From assembly GCA_049518775.1 (NCBI GenBank), contig JBEKRL010000001.1, positions 4,076 to 68,075 on the forward strand: a stretch of 64,000 nt of DNA. The letters run 5' to 3'. The DNA comes from Candidatus Dormibacteria bacterium (lineage in GTDB: Bacteria > Chloroflexota > Dormibacteria > Aeolococcales > Bog-877). Each line of letters starts with the position of its first letter. Within the stretch, counting starts at the first letter, position 1. Below are positions 60,235 through 64,000 of this stretch, piece after piece. Below the pieces are notes generated by a model. That model did not search any database, was not told the DNA's origin, and worked only from the letters and a program-made list of their open reading frames with translations. Position numbers and translations under genes: made by a program.

Positions 60235-60245
60235 CCTTGACGTCT

Positions 60246-60995
60246 TCATGGCGACCAGCCGGACGACTGGCCCGGGATCAGCTCTCCCGCCCGGTACCGT
60301 CGGCGCCCCGCGCCATCGCGCACCTCGACGGTCCCGGCCCCAAACACCTTCCAGCCCTGGTTGGTACTCAGGATGGCCGTCCGCTCGGAGATGCCGATCA
60401 GGCGGTGGCCGGCCGGGACGCTGCGAATGATGGCCGGCGCTAAGAGTCGCATGAAGGTGGAGTCCCAGTGGACTCCGAACACCGTTCCGGGGCACAGGCC
60501 GAGGCCGCCACTGAACTGAAACCGCCCTCGAGCAGGCCCGGATCGCTCGGAACTTCCCGCCACCATGGCACCGGCGCTGCATCCTGCGTAGACCGACCCG
60601 GCGTGCAGAGCCTCCACGATCGCGGTCCAGAGGGGGGTCCGCTCGACGGAGCGAGCGAGGTACTGGGGGTTGCCGCCGGAGAAGAAGATCAGGCTGGCTC
60701 GGCGCGCAGCCTCCGCGTACTCCTCGACGGCCGCATCCTCACGGGTGCGCACCGGCAGCGCGCGGGCGTGCAGGCCCAGAGCCGCGTAGTGGTCCCGCCC
60801 CATGCGGTTCCAGCGCGCGAAGACGGTCTCACCCTCCGGAGCGCTAGCGGTCGCGAGCACGACCACCGATCCATCTCCGCCGGCCCCCCTCAGGGCCTCG
60901 AGCTCGCCCTCGCCGACCCAGGGCAGGAACTCCCCGGAGCCCAGCAGCAGGCACCGGGGAGTTCCATATGACGCCTTCTCTCCCTCAGACTCCAT
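60246..60995 (-). CDS. Peptidase S51 family (cyanophycinase/dipeptidase E-like)
   Basis: LIFFSGGNPQYL...GCSAGAMV nucleophile-elbow-like motif of the S51 family. Confidence 0.65.
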   Translation of the reverse strand: MESEGEKASYGTPRCLLLGSGEFLPWVGEGELEALRGAGGDGSVVVLATASAPEGETVFARWNRMGRDHYAALGLHARALPVRTREDAAVEEYAEAARRASLIFFSGGNPQYLARSVERTPLWTAIVEALHAGSVYAGCSAGAMVAGSSERSGPARGRFQFSGGLGLCPGTVFGVHWDSTFMRLLAPAIIRSVPAGHRLIGISERTAILSTNQGWKVFGAGTVEVRDGAGRRRYRAGELIPGQSSGWSP

Positions 60996-61016
60996 CTGCC
61001 CCGGTCGGGCGCCGGG

Positions 61017-61937
61017 TCATTCGCTCTTGGGCCGCGGCGGCCTGGGGCGTTCAGCGGCGGTGACCTTGGCTTGGAGCTCGTCCAGTGGCTTGGCACGCTG
61101 TCCGTTGCGCTGGCCAGCCCTTGAATTGATCTCCATGAAGGGCTGAATCAGGTCGAGGGGCAGGGGGAAGACCACGACCGTGCTCTGCTCGGTGCCGATC
61201 TCAGTGAGGGTCTGCAGATAGCGCAGCTGGAGGGTGGCCGGCTCCCTGCCGATCACCTCCGCGGCGTCTGACAACTGCTGGGCCGCCTGGAATTCGCCCT
61301 CGGCCCGGATTATCTTGGCGCGCTTCTCGCGTTCCGCCTCCGCCTGCATGGCCATGGCGCGCTGCATCGACTGGGGCAGGTCGACGTCCTTGACCTCGAC
61401 CGCGGTCACCTTCACCCCCCAAGGCTCGGTCTGCTCGTCGATCACCGTCTGCAGCTCGGCGTTGACCTTGTCTCGCTGGCTCAGCAGCTCATCCAGGGTG
61501 GACTGTCCCAGGATCGAACGGAGGGTGGTCTGGGCGGCGGTCGAGATGCTGCCCAGGTAGTTGTTGACCTTGACATAGGCATCACGAGCATCGACGACCC
61601 GGAAGAACACCACCGCGGTGACGCGAACGGTGACGTTGTCCTTGGTGATGATGTCCTGCGCCGGCACCTGATGGACGTTGATTCGGAGGTCGATCTTGTA
61701 GAGGCGGTCGATGCCGAACGGGATGATCAAGCGCGGACCCGGCCCCTTGACGTCGATGAGGCGGCCCAAGCGGAAGACCACGCCCCGCTCGTACTCGTTG
61801 ATGACTCGGAAACCGGTGGCAAAGGTGGTTAGGAGAAGGATCACCACCACCACCACCAACAACAGAGCTGCGCTGCCCACTGCCTCGTCCTCCTTACTTG
61901 CTAGGGGACCCGGCGACCGCTCCGGGTCCCGCGCCAT
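61017..61937 (-). CDS. SPFH/band-7 (stomatin-like) protein
   Basis: N-terminal TM; EYERGVVFRLGR; coiled-coil AMQAEAEREKRAKII. Confidence 0.85.
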   Translation of the reverse strand: MARDPERSPGPLASKEDEAVGSAALLLVVVVVILLLTTFATGFRVINEYERGVVFRLGRLIDVKGPGPRLIIPFGIDRLYKIDLRINVHQVPAQDIITKDNVTVRVTAVVFFRVVDARDAYVKVNNYLGSISTAAQTTLRSILGQSTLDELLSQRDKVNAELQTVIDEQTEPWGVKVTAVEVKDVDLPQSMQRAMAMQAEAEREKRAKIIRAEGEFQAAQQLSDAAEVIGREPATLQLRYLQTLTEIGTEQSTVVVFPLPLDLIQPFMEINSRAGQRNGQRAKPLDELQAKVTAAERPRPPRPKSE

Positions 61938-62676
61938 TCCTGCCGACCGGCATTGGCCCCGGCAACGCCTCCACGATCAGGGTAAGCCCGTCTTGGGCTA
62001 GCACCACCACTTCGGTCCCGGCCTGCAGGGGCTCGCTGTCCCGGGACACCACTCGCCAAAGCTCGCCCTCCACCGAGGCGATGGCGGACGGAGCGCCACC
62101 CTCGCGCACCACCGCAGTCAGGCCCAGAAGCTCGTGGCTGTTCGGCCCGAACGGTAGGTGCCTGACCCGCAGCGCCCTTCGGCTCAGGGTCAACCAGATC
62201 ATCCCGCCCACGACCGGGACGCTGATCAGCACGACCAAGTTGACGCTGGTGGCGGCGGTGGACCCGTTGAACAGCAGCAGGCCGCCGGCGATCGCCGCTC
62301 CAACCCCGGCCAGGCTGAGGAAGCCATGAGTGTGGCCTGATGTGTCCACCGCCAAGAGGGCGGCCGCCGCACCGACCATCACCACACCCGCCAGGTTGAC
62401 GGGCAGGTTAAGCAGTCCGACCGCCGCCAGCACTCCCGCCAGCACTCCCACGGAGCCGAACACGATCGACCCCGGATGGACTGCTTCCAGGCCCACCCCA
62501 AGCAGGGCGATCAGCAGCAGCACAAAGGCCACAGTCGGATTTGCCAGCACGGCCAGCATTCCAGAGTGATGGGTGGCCAGCGCGTGCACGGGGACCGCCG
62601 CCAGCACCGGCAGCTGGGTCACCAAGGAGCCGCAGACTGCAATCGAGGCCGCACCCGCGATCTGCCGGCGAGTCAT
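61894..62676 (-). CDS. NfeD family membrane protein (stomatin partner)
   Basis: ATG complement 62674-62676. Multi-TM N-terminus plus C-terminal OB-fold (GELWRVVSRDSEPLQAGTEVVV). Confidence 0.75.
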   Translation of the reverse strand: MTRRQIAGAASIAVCGSLVTQLPVLAAVPVHALATHHSGMLAVLANPTVAFVLLLIALLGVGLEAVHPGSIVFGSVGVLAGVLAAVGLLNLPVNLAGVVMVGAAAALLAVDTSGHTHGFLSLAGVGAAIAGGLLLFNGSTAATSVNLVVLISVPVVGGMIWLTLSRRALRVRHLPFGPNSHELLGLTAVVREGGAPSAIASVEGELWRVVSRDSEPLQAGTEVVVLAQDGLTLIVEALPGPMPVGRNGAGPGAVAGSPSK

Positions 62677-62769
62677 GGCGCTTTGATCATACGCCGCCAA
62701 CTCGCGGAGTCTCGCTGGTGATCTCCGGGCGGATAATCGCCGGATGCCAAGCGAGGCGGCTTCACGGAG

Positions 62770-63822
62770 TTGAAAGCCCAGGAGTCCGTCCCCACGCAGG
62801 TGGCTGCGGTCGAAGGGGACGGCCAGGCCAGGTGGGACAGCTACGTCGGCCAGCAGGAGCACGGGAATCTGCTGCAGTCCTGGGGTTGGGGGGAGCTGCG
62901 CCGCCGCTATGGGTGGAGCGTTCTGCGCCTGGCCGCCGTCAGGGGTCCGGAAGCCACCTGGGTCGGGGCGATCCAGGTGCTGCAGCAGAGGTTGGGCCCG
63001 GGCGGCTGGGGGTACGCGCCCCAGGGGCCGGTACTCTCGTCGCTCGGCGACGAGGCAGCCTGCCAGGCGCTGCTGCGAGCGGCGGTGTTGCAATTGCGAC
63101 GCAACCGCATATTCCAGCTGAAGTGTGACCCGGAGTGGCCGGTGGCCTCGGTCCAGGCTCAGAGGCTGATCTCCAAATGTGGGCTGCGTCCGGCGCACTT
63201 CGACGTCCAGCATCGCCAGACGTGGCTGCTTGACCTCGAGGGCGGGATCGAGGCCGTCTCGGCTCGCATCCCGGCCACTACCAGGTACAGCGTCCGGGTC
63301 GCGCAGCGGAACCGGGTGGTGGTCAGCCAGGAGTACGGCCCCCGGGCGGTGGAGACCTTCTACGCGCTCCACATGGACACCGTGGGGCGCAAGAGGTTCA
63401 GCTCCCGGCCCCTCAGCTACTACCAGGCCGCCGCCCAGGAGCTCGGGGCGACCATCTTCATCGCCTCCCAGAGCGGCACGCCGCTGGCGGCCGGATTTAC
63501 GGTCGCGTTCGGGAAACGGCTGGTGCACCTCTACGGCGGGACCAGCAACGCGGTGCCCAGCGCCCGTGCCAGCTATGCCCTGCAGTGGGCCATGATCCAG
63601 TGGGGGGTGGAACGAGGGTGCACGATCTATGACATGTGGGGGGTGCCGCGCCGGTTCGATCGCGCCAACCCCGACCACGGGTACGCCACCTTCAAGACCA
63701 ACTGGGGGGGGCGGCTGGGCAGCTACGGTGGGCTCATGATCGCGCCCCTGCTGGGCCCTCTTGATCCGGTCGTGCACGGAGTGGAGTCGTTCCTCCTGCG
63801 CCGTCGGCCACTGCTGCGCTGA
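62770..63822 (+). CDS. FemAB family aminoacyltransferase (paralogue of 37094..38134)
   Basis: TRYSVRVAQRNRVVV...HLYGGTS...YDMWGVP...ATFKTNWGG is clearly parallel to the other Fem-like gene. Confidence 0.7.
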   Translation: MKAQESVPTQVAAVEGDGQARWDSYVGQQEHGNLLQSWGWGELRRRYGWSVLRLAAVRGPEATWVGAIQVLQQRLGPGGWGYAPQGPVLSSLGDEAACQALLRAAVLQLRRNRIFQLKCDPEWPVASVQAQRLISKCGLRPAHFDVQHRQTWLLDLEGGIEAVSARIPATTRYSVRVAQRNRVVVSQEYGPRAVETFYALHMDTVGRKRFSSRPLSYYQAAAQELGATIFIASQSGTPLAAGFTVAFGKRLVHLYGGTSNAVPSARASYALQWAMIQWGVERGCTIYDMWGVPRRFDRANPDHGYATFKTNWGGRLGSYGGLMIAPLLGPLDPVVHGVESFLLRRRPLLR

Positions 63823-63888
63823 GCGGACGCCCTGGGGTTACAGCGCCGACCCTGCGGGGCTCCCCGCTTGCCCGCCTAGAATCTGGGC

Positions 63889-64000
63889 ATGCTCTATCTG
63901 GGCCGCCACCGCAGGAATCGCTGGGTGGCCACAGTGTTCGCGCCGCCTCGCGAGGTGTTCGCGGTGGCCGAGCAGGTCATGGGCCTGCCGCCCTTCAGCT
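63889..64000 (+). CDS. 5' end of an unidentified CDS running off the window
   Basis: ATG plus a GC3-biased open frame (MLYLGRHRRNRW...). Too short to classify. Confidence 0.25.
   Translation, partial: MLYLGRHRRNRWVATVFAPPREVFAVAEQVMGLPPFS

Noticed and set aside
60194-60235. N-terminal 14 aa of ParA as listed (MFHVKHPPAPILPL)
   Set aside because: It is the translation of the parS palindrome. The conserved ParA begins at the downstream ATG.
61894-63777. 627-aa minus ORF
   Set aside because: Only the terminal 260 aa (NfeD) are real. The upstream part is antisense to the plus-strand Fem-like gene.
1-64000. rRNA, tRNA, CRISPR arrays, restriction-modification or toxin-antitoxin genes
   Set aside because: No cloverleaf-compatible tRNA segments, repeat-spacer periodicity or rRNA-like conserved blocks were recognised. 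The 16.1-16.5 kb gap was examined for a tRNA and did not fit.

Overview
This is a very GC-rich bacterial chromosomal segment. The content is mostly housekeeping genes, with a strongly rearranged replication-origin neighbourhood.

- **Folate and sulfur genes (1-3.3 kb):** an MBL-fold/rhodanese fusion and a FolD-cyclodeaminase fusion.
- **Histidine utilisation (6-12 kb):** a hutH-hutU-hutF-hutI operon with overlapping stop/start codons.
- **Fe-S cluster assembly (15-23.5 kb):** a long minus-strand SUF locus containing a Rieske protein, a second NifS-like desulfurase and a 390-bp non-coding island.
- **Metal handling (25.7-29 kb):** a soluble CBS/MgtE-N protein divergent from an NRAMP transporter.
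- **Folate biosynthesis (34.8-36.5 kb):** folP-folK.
- **Cell-envelope cluster (36.5-45.4 kb):** three FemAB-fold transferases plus a DUF4388 protein, an Ig/beta-propeller lipoprotein, and MshA-like GT4 and GT28-like glycosyltransferases.
- **Origin region (45-60 kb):** dciA-like, recF, dnaN and dnaA on the minus strand; rpmH-rnpA-yidD-yidC-jag on the plus strand; DnaA boxes; and a perfect parS site. rsmG is displaced to 12 kb, and parAB is inverted and separated from jag by an insert ending in an ISL3-like transposase remnant.

Several conserved genes show G-run frameshifts (bioY, an alpha/beta hydrolase) or lack canonical start codons. No rRNA, tRNA or CRISPR was found. Many long antisense ORFs in the track are artefacts of the high GC content.
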